In this document: positions 15,350 to 27,365 of the stretch, piece by piece
Position numbering within the stretch: the stretch's first letter is position 1
Layout of the letters: every line of letters starts with the position of its first letter
Assembly: GCA_048213135.1 (NCBI GenBank)
Contig: PS015369.1
Location: forward strand, 1 to 35,817
From: Reclinomonas americana ATCC 50394
Lineage: Eukaryota
Direction of reading: 5' to 3'
DNA: 35,817 bases
The notes under the pieces: generated by a model
What the model was told of the DNA's origin: nothing
Database searches by the model: none
The model's input: the letters and a program-made list of their open reading frames with translations, nothing else
Translations under genes and position numbers: made by a program

Positions 15350-17641
15350 ATGGAGCCGGCGACGGCCTCGCCCTCACACAAGCGCATTTTCGACCACTAC
15401 TTCAAGGGCATTCCCGTGATCCGTGCCGCCATTGAGCAGCAACCACCCTCGGCCACACAACAACACCAACAACGCACAGTGATCACACGCAGTGGACGCG
15501 CAGGCCGCATTCGCCAGGCCTTGCATGTGCGCGCCACCGCCGAAGTCATTGCCTCCGCCGTGCAGCGCAAGTTGAAGCACGTCGTGTCCTCGGCAGTCGC
15601 CGCGCAGCAAGATGCTGATGATGATGATGAGCAGCAGCAGCAAGGAGGGGAACGAGTCATTGCGCGTCGGCGATTGTCTCCATTGTCACCGGCGACTGCG
15701 GGTGTGAAGCAGTTCGACTCGACCGAGCTACGCAATGACTATCTGGAGTCGTTAACGCGTCGGTACGAGGACTCGGCGGCGCTGCAGGCGTCGAATGTGC
15801 GAGCGCTGGAGAGTCGCGTGGAAGAGCTGGAGCGTGTGGTGGCGGTGTCGCAGCGCGAGGCAGCGGTGTCGCGCAAGGAGGCGCTGGTGGCGCAGGAGGT
15901 GGCGAGGGAGTTGCAGATGCGCGTGGAGTTGAGTCAAGAAGGGGGAAAGGGAAGGGATGAGAGAGGGGAAGAGAGAGAGTGCAGGGTTCGGGTGCTGCTG
16001 CTTGTTGACAAGGACGCGCTGTTGGTGTCTGAGAGGAAGAAGAGGGACGCAGAGTTCGAGTGCTTGCTTCTTTGCGTGCTGTCTGTGTGCGAAAGAGAGA
16101 GAGAGAGAGAGAGTATGCAGGGTTTGAGTGCTGCTTCTTGACAAGGACGTGCTGTCGGTGTATGACAGGAAGAGGGGACGCAGAGTTCGAGAGCTTACTT
16201 CTTGTCGAGGACGTGCTTGTGTTGCTGTAGGGAAGAAGGCTGAGGTTGATCGCTGGTACATACCGCGCTGTTGGNNNNNNNNNNNNNNNNNNNNNNNNNN
16301 NNNNNNNNNNNNNNNNNNNNNNNNNNNNNNNNNNNNNNNNNNNNNNNNNNNNNNNNNNNNNNNNNNNNNNNNNNNNNNNNNNNNNNNNNNNNNNNNNNNN
16401 NNNNNNNNNNNNNNNNNNNNNNNNNNNNNNNNNNNNNNNNNNNNNNNNNNNNNNNNNNNNNNNNNNNNNNNNNNNNNNNNNNNNNNNNNNNNNNNNNNNN
16501 NNNNNNNNNNNNNCCTTTGCTCTCTCTTCTCTTCGTCCTCTCTTCTATTTCCTCTCTCTCTCTCCCTTTCCCTCCTTCATTTCTCTCTCTCTCTCTCTCT
16601 TCTATCTCCTTCCCTCCTCTCCCACCCTTCTTTCTCTCTCTCGTTTCTCCTGCATTTGTTCTCTCCCGTCCCCTCACTTCTCTCGTCTCCGTTTCGTCTC
16701 TCTCCTTCTTTTCCCCCTCTCTTCCCCTTCTCCCGTCATCCCCTTCATTCCCTCTCCCTGTCCCTCTCGCTTTCCCCCCTTCTCCCTCTCACTCTCCCCC
16801 TTCTGCGCACAGCGACGCGGAGGCACGACGAGTGGCGGCGGATCAGGAGAGAGTGGCGGCGGTGGCGGAGCTGGCGAGCGTGCAGGCGCAACTTCGCGGC
16901 GAGTTGGAGCGACACGAGGGCATGAATGCGGTGGTGCGTATTCCAGGCTGCTGTAGGCCAACATCTCCATGTTTTCTGATCCATCATGCCCCGACAGGAG
17001 GAACACCGACAGAGATTAGTGGCGGAACAGGAGGCCGCCGAGCTTCGTGACCAGCTGCACAGATTGCAGACGCAGTACGACGCCGATCCGCAGCGAGATT
17101 TGCACGATCGGATGGTCGACGTGACGCGAGACTTGGCTCGGACCACCACCGATCGCGACGTGTTGCGAGAACGGTTGCGGTACATGAAGGATCGGCTTGA
17201 GTTGCTGCAGACGGAGAGAGATCAGGCGGTGGCTGCAGCGGCTGGTAACTCGTCTGGCGGCCCCGGCAGCGGTCAGCGAATCGAGGAGTTGCAGGCGGCA
17301 CTCGCCACGTCTGAGTCACAGGTATGTGTCGCACATCGTCCCTTTCCCCCCATATTGCCTATGTCGCTCACTGTGTCGCTGCGCAGCGCCACATCCTCGA
17401 GGAGCGCGTCAGCCATTTGTCGCTGTCGGCAGAAAAGTATTTGTTGGTGCTCGACCAGCTGCGCGACGCGGAAGAACGCCTGCTGCTGGCCAACCGCGAG
17501 ATGAGACACTGGAAGACGGTGGCCTTCAACAACGGTGCTGCACCGGAGCCATTCTTGCCCGCCCGAACCACCACTGCGGCGGCCAGTGCCACTGCCGCAG
17601 CAGACGTTGGAGACGGAGCAACAACAACAACAACAATATGA
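15350..17641 (+). CDS. Hypothetical coiled-coil protein (at least 4 exons; one intron contains a gap)
   Basis: ATG 15350 (MEPATASP); heptad-rich segments (NVRALESRVEELERVV, LRDQLHRLQTQY, RIEELQAAL). Exons about 15350-15927, 16813-16933, 16998-17321, 17387-17641 are phase compatible. Confidence 0.65.
15992..16215 (+). repeat. Imperfect intronic direct repeat, 2 copies of about 80 bp
   Basis: GTGCTGCT..TTGACAAGGACG.GCTGT.GGTGT.TGA.AGGAAGA...GGACGCAGAGTTCGAG.GCTT at about 15992 and 16128. Confidence 0.75.
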
Positions 17642-17747
17642 TTGCAAGGCTGATTTGTGACAATTTCTTTATGTGGCCAATGTAAAACACGTAGTGCTCC
17701 GCGAATTCCGCAACCTCCCCTCACTGCCATGCAACAAATCAACAAGA

Positions 17748-20700
17748 TCAGCGCATGGAAGCAAGAAAATTACCATCGTGTCCACCACCAACCCTCGCAG
17801 ATGCCGGTGCTCGGGCGGATACGGTGGTGACGCCAGAGGGATTGAAGACGTCGAGGAGTCGGCAGAGGGTCGGGTGCAGCGTGATGGGTTGCGGAACCGA
17901 GGCCGGCAGCAACTGGAAGGTACGCGGAATGCTGCCGATTGGCGTCTGCGGTACCTCAAAGCGACCGCCGGGTGTCAACTCAAACACGTCGCGGTTGTCG
18001 CCGGCCTTAATGACCGCATCGCGTTTCTTTCCGTTGAACTCGCTGTGTGATGGCGGGTGGTGAGTCAATGGTCGCGCAGGATGCAACGCAGCGCACGACG
18101 CAACGGTGTCTCCGGCAGCAATCCAAACAACTGGCGACGCGTGAGGAACTTGCACTGTTGCTTGATAAAGTCGGCAGTGGGACTTGGAGTTGTCAGCAAC
18201 TCGGCGCACTGCATCACGATGCGCATGAACTGCGGTCTGTGGTACCAACACAAAGGTGGGTACGACTCTCAAATCGCCTGATTGCTGGTGAGGTGAGGTG
18301 AGGTGAGGCGCAACGGTGGAAGTCCAGGCAGCAGCGCCGTAAAGGCCCACTGGCAGTAAATGTTTACGCAGAGCTGCAGATTGGCGACCTGCTGCGGCTC
18401 TCTCCTGGTGTGCTTACGCAGCAGCTCGTTGAAGAGCTCGGCCTGGATGCTATCCGACACGTCGAGGATGAGCATGCTGCGCCACGTGTCGGGGATGCCA
18501 TAGTTCTGGAACGCATTGATCAGGCCGTCCAGCGGATTGATCACCAGCGTCATTCTGTGGCGCGTGAGTGACGACAGACACTCATGACACACGCAAACGT
18601 AGCCACTCAACTGTTCGTAGCCGTTGACACCAAAGAACGACTCGCACAACGGCACTTGAATGGACTGCCCGTCGCAAGTGAGCGATGAGACGGCACGTAC
18701 AAGAAACCCTCCAACCACTCCGGTGACACGCACCTTCCACAACGCATTCATCGTGAACAAAAAGTTGCGCTTGCTCAGCTCCACCAGCGTGTATCGGAAG
18801 CGCGCCAGTCGCCGCCGCTCGTCAAACTTTGAGTTTCGTCGCCTCGTCGTACTGCCACCGTCGTGCTCAAACTGCACCACGGGAATGTACTCGGTGCGCA
18901 GCGTGTCCTTGGCCAGGTGCATTGGTACTCTGCAGGAGAGAGAGACACGCGGTGAGTGACAATGCGTGTACACGCAACAATGCTCACCACACTGCAAACC
19001 TCCACAGCGACGGATCGTTCGAGTACAGGTCGGGCAGCAGATCCTCATTCACGGCCTCGATGCGCTGTTCGCGCTCTTGCAGCAGGGCAAGGAACTGGAA
19101 CGCAAAGCCGAGATGGTGAACTTGAATTTCATGTGAGTCGCGATGTTTCTGTCGCAACACGGAGAGTGAGTACAAATACAGCAGAGCTTCTTGAGAAACA
19201 AGGCACACGCAACGAAAATCGAGAAGGCATACGCGTGAAGGAACTTTTCGAAAAAGTTGGTGTGCGGGTTGGCGATCAGATTGTGGCTGTAAATGTGCTG
19301 GATGATCAACGCCGCCGACGCCGCCGACACTGTTCATGTTGATTACATCAGCAACTGAACTACCCACACCCTCCCTTGCCGTCCCTCTCCTCCATCTTCC
19401 TCGTCCCTGTCCTCGTCATTTCCTCTCCTATTCTCTCTTTCCCTTTCCATTCTCCGTTCCGCTCTCCTCCGCACCTCTCTGTTCTCCTCTCTTTCCCCTC
19501 CCCTCCTTACCCCTCCCCTCCGATAACTCTTCTCCCCCTTCCCCCTCTTGCCTCCCTTCCCTCCTTCTCCCTTTCCTGCTCACCAGAATGCGCATCGGGG
19601 CTGCCGATAAACGTGTGCGAGAACAAAATGAGGTGATCCAGCAGGAAATTCTCCTCGTCCAGGCGCGTGCGCGCCTCCAGCTCAATCTCCGGATCCACTT
19701 CGAGGTCGTCGACGCGGTACAGCTCAGAGGGTGACATGGGCAATGTAGACTCGTCGGCAGGAAGTGCATCGCCCGGCTCCGGAATACGCAGTCGCAGGTC
19801 GCCATCCTCGCCCTCCTCCGTCGCCATGTCGCCGCTGTGTGCACGCACCAACTCTCGCAGCTTCGGCAGCGCCTTGAAATGCGTCGATCCATCTGCCAGC
19901 TTGTGCTTCAACACATCAAAGCGGAACTCGCCCGGCACCAAGGTGCGCGACAGGATGCCCCAAACACCACCCAAGCACGCAGATGGACTCCCTGTGTCCG
20001 AGAGAATAAGCCGACAGCAAGCACCAGGTGTGCGCGCATGGCCAGAGCAAGCCACTCACCCCACCACACCGAGGCCACCAGATGCCGTCCACCGTCGACC
20101 AGCTGGTCCATGATGCACAGCGTCAACGATTTCACGGCCGACATGTCGCAGCCGGTGACCGAGTGCGACACAAACACAAAGTGCTCCGCCTCTTGCGGCA
20201 GCTCGTCCAGTTTGAGCGTGATGGCGGCCAGAGCATCGTTGGTCTCGGCGACCAGCGACACTCCATCGACGGCAGTTCGATCCACCGCAAAGTTGATCAC
20301 GCCTGTATGATCCCACCCGGTGAGGTTAGCATACCATTTCTAGCACGACATCAACCAGACATTCGACGCACCAATCATCTCATTGGCGGCATTGAATACG
20401 ACACAGCTGAGGTCGACATTCTCGCTGCCCCTCCACTGCACCATGAATCGCAAGTGTGTGGTCGTGGCTCGCACGCGCATATGGTCGCCCTTCAGCAGGC
20501 ACTTGCGCGTGTCGAACGGTTTCTGTCGGCGCATATCCTTCAACGCGTCGTAGGCCACCTGCAGTCGCGTCTCCTCCTCCACGGCATGCGTAATGGGAGT
20601 CCCCAGCTGTTGCCAGTCGTCCACTGCGCCCTTCAGCTTCTGCAACACTTTTTTCATCGCCTCGTCGCGCGAGTGTGCCGTGCGATCCACCACAGCTGTC

Positions 20701-22489
20701 GCCGTGCCCCATTTGCAAATCAGTGCATGTATGTCAATCACTAGTACACGCGTGCCCACATACGCACCACTGGGCGAGCCCATCTCCGACAGCTCCCTCA
20801 ACTCTGTGGCGAGTTTGTGCACCTGATCCTCGGCATCGGCAAGGCGCCGATCCAGCGTTTCCCGCTTGGCCGCATCGGGGGCACCCGAGAGCAGCTTGAG
20901 CGATTCGGCCAGCTGTCGCTTCTTGCTCTCCGCTGCCGCCAGCATCACAAAGGCGTGTCCGTACTGCTGTACAACTTGCAGGAGGCGCTCCTCACGCTCC
21001 ACCAACGCATCATCCACGCCGTCCATGCCCATCTTGTCCTCCAAATGCGACAGCGAAGTTCGCAAGCGAGCCAGTTGCCGACCGATTTCCTGCTCTCGCT
21101 GCGTCAACAAATCCAGTTCGGCAATGGCGGCAATGGTGGCGTGTCGGCTGTTGCGTTCCTGCTCGGCAAACTGCTGTGCGAGGCTCTGCAGGCTGCGATC
21201 GAGCCACTCGTTGCGTTTTGTCAGCGCCTCCAGCAGCCAGTTGCGCTCGTCGCCCACCACCTGCAACGAGGTGAGCAAACGGAACGATGCATACACACAC
21301 ACATCACTGTGCCCACGCAACTCGAATCGACTCCTTGAATTCGGTAAACTCGCGGCTCAATGAATCCTCCAACGCCCTCTCCTCGATGGTATGATGCCGC
21401 GACGACAGATCCATGCTGTGCACCAACTCGGACAGCTCCACGTGACTGTCGCGAATCTCACCCAGCTGGCGCGACATTTCCACCAGCGCCTCCTGCAGCA
21501 CCGCGTACACGCGCAGTCACGCAAACGATCATCACAACGGTCGTAGGCACACACACACACACACAAACCTGCATGTGCTGCCACAGATCGCGATCCTTGG
21601 AGAGCGCAAACCGCCGCTCCAGCGCCGCCGGCGACAACATCTCATGCGCCACACGCGCATTCTGCTCCATGGTGGCCAGCAAGTGTCGATTGATGCTGCT
21701 GAGTAATCGCGTACGCTCATTCAAGCGCCACGTCCCTCCCTGCAGCCCCGCCACCACTTTTCTCTCCTGCGCCAGCTGCTCTCGCAACTTCTCCTGCTCA
21801 TCGTCCAGGTGCTCATACAGCGTCACGCCGGCACCAGGAGAGTTGACGGGCGAGCCTTGTGTCGACGCCGAGCGACGAGGCGACAGAGGCAGACTGGCAC
21901 CGCTGCCGCTGCTGCTGCCACTGGAAAGCACCTGCTCATGTGGAAGGTGAATGAGAGAGAGAGAGAGAGAGAGAGAGCAGGCGGTGAGAGTCGCATACAC
22001 GCACCTTGCTATACACGCTCTCCACAAACGCGGCCTCGTCAGCCAGCTGCAACAGACGATCGAGGAAGCTCTGAAGACAGAGAGACAACTCCTCGAGTGA
22101 GCACGACGCACTGAGTGTGTGAGAGACAGTTTGCGGAAAGACCTCGAGCTCTGCAGCACGCGTGGCATCCAGAATGCGCAGACGATCAACCTCCTCTCGC
22201 GCAGCCTGCAAAACAAACATGAGCTGATGCAATCACTCACACACACACGCGACTGACTGACCGTGATTCCGCGTTCCAGTCGCAGAGACACTGTCTCGGC
22301 CTTGACTGCGCGATCCATCAACACGCGTTCATCTCTCTGTGTGAGATGAAAAGTGTGAGATGAAAGTGCGTCAGAGTGGACATGTCGCGTGTATTCCTTT
22401 GTGCGCACAGGCTCAGCGCGAATGGCCTCCTCCACTTGACCCTCCAGTGGACCTGCCACTTGCAGCAGATCGCCCAAGCGTCTTCTCAT
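17748..22489 (-). CDS. Large multidomain protein: N-terminal coiled coil + TerD-like domain + C-terminal Dilute (DIL)-like domain (about 16 exons)
   Basis: Continuous phase-consistent splicing from ATG 22489 (alternative ATG 22555) to the stop at 17748. TerD-like: MVQWRGSENVDLSCVVFN...ITLKLDELPQEAEHFVFVSHSVTG..MSAVKSLTLCIMD. DIL-like: IQAELFNELLRK...VANLQLCVNIYCQW...VMQCAELL...IKQQCKFLTRRQLFGLL. Confidence 0.6.
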
Positions 22490-22655
22490 CGTTGCCGGCA
22501 GACAAGAGGATGAGAAGGACACAAGGACGCGCGACGCCCTCCCTCCTTTGTGCATAAAAAGGCCAAGCCTTTCATGATTCGATTGCTAAACAACGCCCGA
22601 AGACGAGAAAAAAACACATTATGAACATCTCTATGATCGTCAGATCCTTCCTACG

Positions 22656-24079
22656 CTATTCGTCAAAGGTGCCGGTGGCGGCCAGGATGGTGAACACCAG
22701 TGCAATGGTCATGTACCCGGAAGCCATGGCGACGAACCTGCACGTGTTGCAGATGAGTGGAGATGGGAGGGGAAAGCACCGGTGAGGTGCACGCAACTTC
22801 CATCCGCGATGCTTGCTCGTGCCGCTAAAGGAATCGGAAATCTCCTGCAAGCCAAACGATGTATGAGATCGCGCTGGTGGTGCTCCTCTCGACACACACT
22901 CACCGCAGCGCCGACGTAGATAAAGGCACCAGAGGCCAACGCCAGCAGCACGCCCTGCGTGGAGTCGCCCGAGAACGACGAGATGCCGAGGCCGACGGCC
23001 ACACCGATCGGTGTCATCAGCGCAAACACGGTGAGGAGGAAGAAGTAGGGGCCGCGGGAGATGCCACTGCCGATCCACTTGATGCCGACAGCGAATGAGT
23101 CGAATGGCTGTCATCGTCGCGGCCACGAGTGAGCGCCAGGCAGAAAGGGAGAGAGAGTGAGAAGATCGGAGCGCATCACCTTGTGCGACACAATGGCCAC
23201 GAAAATGGCCATCAACGAGCTCCACGAGTGCGACGTGCCAAACGCCAGCCCCGCGATCACCGAATGCAGTGACAGCGCCGCCATGGTCATCAGCGCCGAC
23301 ATCGGGCTGTCCTTGCCATCGTTCGCATCGTCGTCGTCGTCTTCGTCACTGCTCTGTGCCTTCTGATGCGCCCGTGCCACAGCATTCACCGGTCCATGCT
23401 CCGGATCCCGCGTTGGTGTCACACCCACTCGCACCGCGCCACTCGCCGTGATCGTGTCTGCGCCAGAGGTCTGCCCATTGATCAGCGGACTCGACTCGTC
23501 AGCACGCGCTGCGGCCTTTGGTGGCTCTCCATGATCCGGATGCGCAATGATCACGCGGTCGATGCAGAAGCTAGAATGCCAATGAGCAGCAGCCTGAGTG
23601 AGCAGCAGACTGACTGCGTGTACAACGCAACAAAATGTAGAACGCGAGACCGCACAAGAACTGCGCGAGCGGGAAGTTGCCGAGAGAGTTCGCCGAGAGT
23701 GGTGCCAGCAGCTCCACAGCATCCGGGTACACATCCATCAAGCCTACGTGGTAGTACGAAGTACGAGCGGAACAACAACAAGCATAAGAAGGAGAGAGAA
23801 TGACTCCACGCGTCTCCCTGTGTGTGGCTCACCAATGGCCAAGATGACACCTGCAGAGAAGCAAAAGCCAATGACCAGTCGATGATGCGCGTGTGCCATG
23901 GAGCGAATGATCCAGGGGGCGACTCCCGCCAGAAAGGCCTCGACAAAGAAGAGAAACAGGAAGCCGATCTTCCAGTTGCGCAAACAGGAGCCCTGACAAT
24001 CGTCGCCCGCAGAGGCAGCGGACACAGAGCTAATCATCGACATGAGCATGAGCACGAGCACGAGCAATGGTCTGCTCAT
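22656..24079 (-). CDS. ZIP-family (Zrt/Irt-like, SLC39) zinc/iron transporter (about 6 exons)
   Basis: Signal peptide plus TM segments; motifs CFSAGVILAIGLMDVYPDA, ALSLHSVIAGLAFG, AIVSHK, FALMTPIGVAVG, LALASGAFIYV; stop TAG at 22656. Confidence 0.9.
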
Positions 24080-24148
24080 GGTCAACAGAAAGAGTGATTG
24101 CACGTGGTGTCCTCTCGTCCTCTTCTTTGCTTGTTTGTTTGTGTGAGG

Positions 24149-25682
24149 ATGAGTGAGGAGGCTGTGCCTGTGCCACGTGTTGTGGCGGTTAAGGGACCGT
24201 TAGAGTTCCCTGTGCGTGAGGACGATGGGTTGGTGTATGAGACGTATCGAGGAGAGGAGGAGGACTTGCCGGCGATCAAGGCACTGATGGAGCCGAACTT
24301 GTCAGAGCCGTACTCAGTGAGTGAGAGAGAGAGAGAGAGACACGCACTGTAAAAGCAGGTCTGACTCTCATTCTGTGCTGCCCTAGGTGTTCACGTACAG
24401 GTTCTTCTTGAATCAGTGGGCCAACTTGGCATTCATTGTTGCGCGCCTCAGTCTCAGTGTGCGTGAGAGTTGCTGGTTTTTTTTGTTGATGGTGAGGTAC
24501 TAGGTGCGTGACTCGACGTTGGGCATGGAGCCGGTGGGAGCGATTGTGTGCAAGTTGGATTACAAGCGGGATCGACTGCGCGGGTACATTGCCATGTTGG
24601 CGGTCAAGGCGAGTTCTTCTTCTTCTTCTTCTTCTGTTGTTGGTGTTGTTGAGCAGCTGCATTGGGAGATAGGAATGGATCCTCTGCTCTTCCGTGTCTG
24701 CTGTCTGAGGAGGCATGGAGCAGAGGACTTGCGTCACATCTGCTTCTCGATCGGTCATGTTGTCTTGTGGCTCTCTGTTCCCCCTCCTGTTCCATCTTTT
24801 TGATGCTGCACCCGTCTTGTTGGTCCTCGGTCTTTCCTCTCTTCTCTGAGCAGGCACAGAGCAGAGGACTCGCATCGCACAAGCTTCCCGATCATACATG
24901 TTGTCACTCGGCACCCAGTTTCTCGCTGTTTAGCCTCCTGTGCCTTGGGTTGCCCCTGTACCCATGCATCTTCAATCCCTCGTGTGTCGTCTCTTCTCTG
25001 AGCAGGCACAGAGCTGAGGAGTTGAGTCACAAAAGCTTCTCGATCTTGCATGTTGTCTTGTGGCTCTCTGTTCTCTCGCCTTCTCTCCTTTCTGCGTCGT
25101 TCTTGCTACTTCAATCATCTATGTGGTCCTCGGTCTTTCCTCTCGTCTCTGAGCAGGCACAGAACTGAGGACTTACGTCACAAATGCTTCCCCATCTTGC
25201 ATGTTGTCATTCGGCCTCGGTTCGCCCTCCTCCTCTGCCTCCGTCTCCTGTACCGTCCTGTTGTGCTGCACCCATCCCTCCTTGGTCCTCGGCCCTGCCT
25301 CCTGTTACCTCTGGGCATTAGCAGAGCAGGAGAATCAGCAGCTGTCCCTCCCTCTGCCCTCTTCTTTCTGCACCTTCTGTTTCCTCTGCCCCTTCTCCCT
25401 CTTACCTCCCTTCTCCTTCCCCCCTCCTCCGTCCACCCTTCCCCCCTTCTCCTCCCCTCGCAGGACTCGCACCGAAAACGCGGCATCGGCACCGCGCTGG
25501 CCAAGCGCGCCATCGGTCGCATGGTGCAGAACGGTGCCGACGAGGTGGTATTGGAGACCGAGGTCGGCAATCGCGGCGCACTCGCCCTCTACGACGCACT
25601 CGGCTTTGTGCGACACAAGCGCCTCAGCAAGTACTACTTGTCGGGCACCGACGCCTTCCGCCTAAAGCTGTGGTTCACGTGA
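24149..25682 (+). CDS. NAA30: N-alpha-acetyltransferase 30 (NatC catalytic subunit, MAK3)
   Basis: Exons 24149-24316, 24387-24437, 24504-24608, 25464-25682 give LSEPYSVFTYRFFL, GAIVCK, RGYIAMLAV, RKRGIG, DEVVLETE..N..AL.LY..LGF.R.KRL..YYL.G.DAFRLKL. Confidence 0.95.
24705..25215 (+). repeat. Degenerate intronic tandem array, 4 units with period about 141-152 bp, in A-B-A-B order
   Basis: CTGAGCAGGCACAGAGC.GAGGAC...TCACA...GCTTC.CGATC..CATGTTGTC with GAGGA anchors at 24723, 24864, 25016, 25167. Confidence 0.88.
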
Positions 25683-25845
25683 TTGTCTCAAAAAAACGTC
25701 ACAGCCCGCGAAATGAAACGATGCGTGGCTTTTATATGCAACGTGTAACCTTGTCTGCTGCATCACACGCTCCTGCTGCTGGTGGAGTGGTGCGAAGTCT
25801 GTCCGGTATGACCAATCACTCGCCGTTTACCACTCCGTCAATAGT

Positions 25846-27180
25846 ATGTCTGGGGAGAGTCCGTCTCCGCCCACCTCACCCGCCCATGCAGCCATTCGTC
25901 GCAAAGCGGCTCTGCGCCAGGTCATCATGGAGACCATGAACACAGAGTTCGTCTTTCTCTCCTCTCTTCTCCCCCCTCTGACCAGCAAGTAACGTCTTGT
26001 TTGTTTTTGTGTGCACACAGGCCACACTATCGCGATGAGGACTCTCTGCCACTGGTGGTGGAGTTTCTGCGACAGAACTCGTTCTTTGAGCGGTTCGACG
26101 ACGAGGCGATGTGGGGATTGGCACGTGAGTCGATCTTGCGCACAGTGGAGGGTGGTGCGACAGGTGAGTCAGTCAGTCAGTCATTAACGACCTGCCTTCC
26201 TGGTGTGTAAGTCGTTCTTTGGGCGCGCGCAGTCATGTCAACGATCGGCGAGTCCGACTTCCTCTACGTGATCATGCGAGGCGCAGTGTGCGTGCAGACC
26301 AAGGACAATCGCGGTTTCGATCGTGTGCTGTCGCTGCTGGAGCAGGGCGACTCGTTTGGCGATGTGACGAGCTTGAGGACGTTGCCTCCGTTGCGTATAC
26401 CTCTCTGCTCTTCTCCGCCTGACTCACTCGCGGGAGGCAACTGATCGCGACAACAGCAACTGCCACGTGATTCCGGTGCAAGAGACCGACTTGGTGCTGC
26501 TGGGTCGGCACACGGTGCAGCGGTATGTCACGGCGGTCCTTGAGGAGGAGACGGAGCGGCGAGCCGAGTTCCTGCGGCGGTTGGTGGTGCCGGTGTTGCG
26601 GACGTGCCCGGTGGATACGGTGTACCAGGTGGCGCGGGCGATGCATTCGCGATATGTGCGAGCCAACAAGGGTGCGTGCGCAGCCTTGTCCATCCTTTGC
26701 TCCTTTATTCCACCAGCACTCATCGCCTTCCCCCCCGCGGTTGCAGTGCTGGTGCACCAGGGCGAAGAGGGCGATGTGCTCTTCTTCATAGTCTCCGGCG
26801 AGTGTCGCGTGATCATGGAGGTCGATATCCCGTCACGACCCGGCGTGCTGGAGGGTCCCGACGATCGGCCCACCAACAAGCACTTTTTGGAGACGGCGTC
26901 GCTGGTGGCGGGCGAGTATTTTGGCGAGTTGTCGGTGCTGCGGCAGGTGCCACGGGCGGCGACGGTGGTCACCAACACGCCCGTGCGCCTGTATTGCTTG
27001 GCGCGTGTGGATTTCTTCAACTTGCTTCGCGACAGCGTCGTCGAGGACTTCAATCGGTACGCGGAGACGTACCCCACGCGTCAGCAGATCATCGATGCGT
27101 ACTTGGAGATTCAGAGTTGGAACGAGAAGAAGCGCAGTGTGGTGCTCGGTGCGCTGGAGAAGCTCGTGCATGAGAGATGA
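25846..27180 (+). CDS. Protein with two cyclic-nucleotide-binding (cNMP) domains (CNBD-like; 5 exons)
   Basis: Domain 1: IGESDFLYVIMRGAVCV...LEQGDSFGDV. Domain 2: HQGEEGDVLFFIVSGEC...GEYFGELSVLRQVPRAATVV. Introns start at 25947, 26164, 26390 and about 26672; stop TGA at 27180. Confidence 0.82.
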
Positions 27181-27365
27181 GTAAAAAACAAGCTCGTCAC
27201 GCCATCTGGCAAAAAGAGAGGAGTGCGGCAGCGCCGGGGTCAATTTGGAAGTTCGATGAAGGCGCTTGCCATGTGCCTCTCTCGGCCAAGAAAGAGTGTT
27301 GCCGGAGAGTCTATTTCTGTCCATTTCCGATCGATTACGACGACTTGTGGGTCAACAGTATTTTT

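Noticed and set aside
18237-18314. In-frame TGA in the TerD-DIL gene suggesting readthrough, selenocysteine or an alternative code
   Set aside because: It lies within a 78-nt GTTGCG...CACAG intron. TGA, TAA and TAG all serve as normal stops elsewhere in the window.
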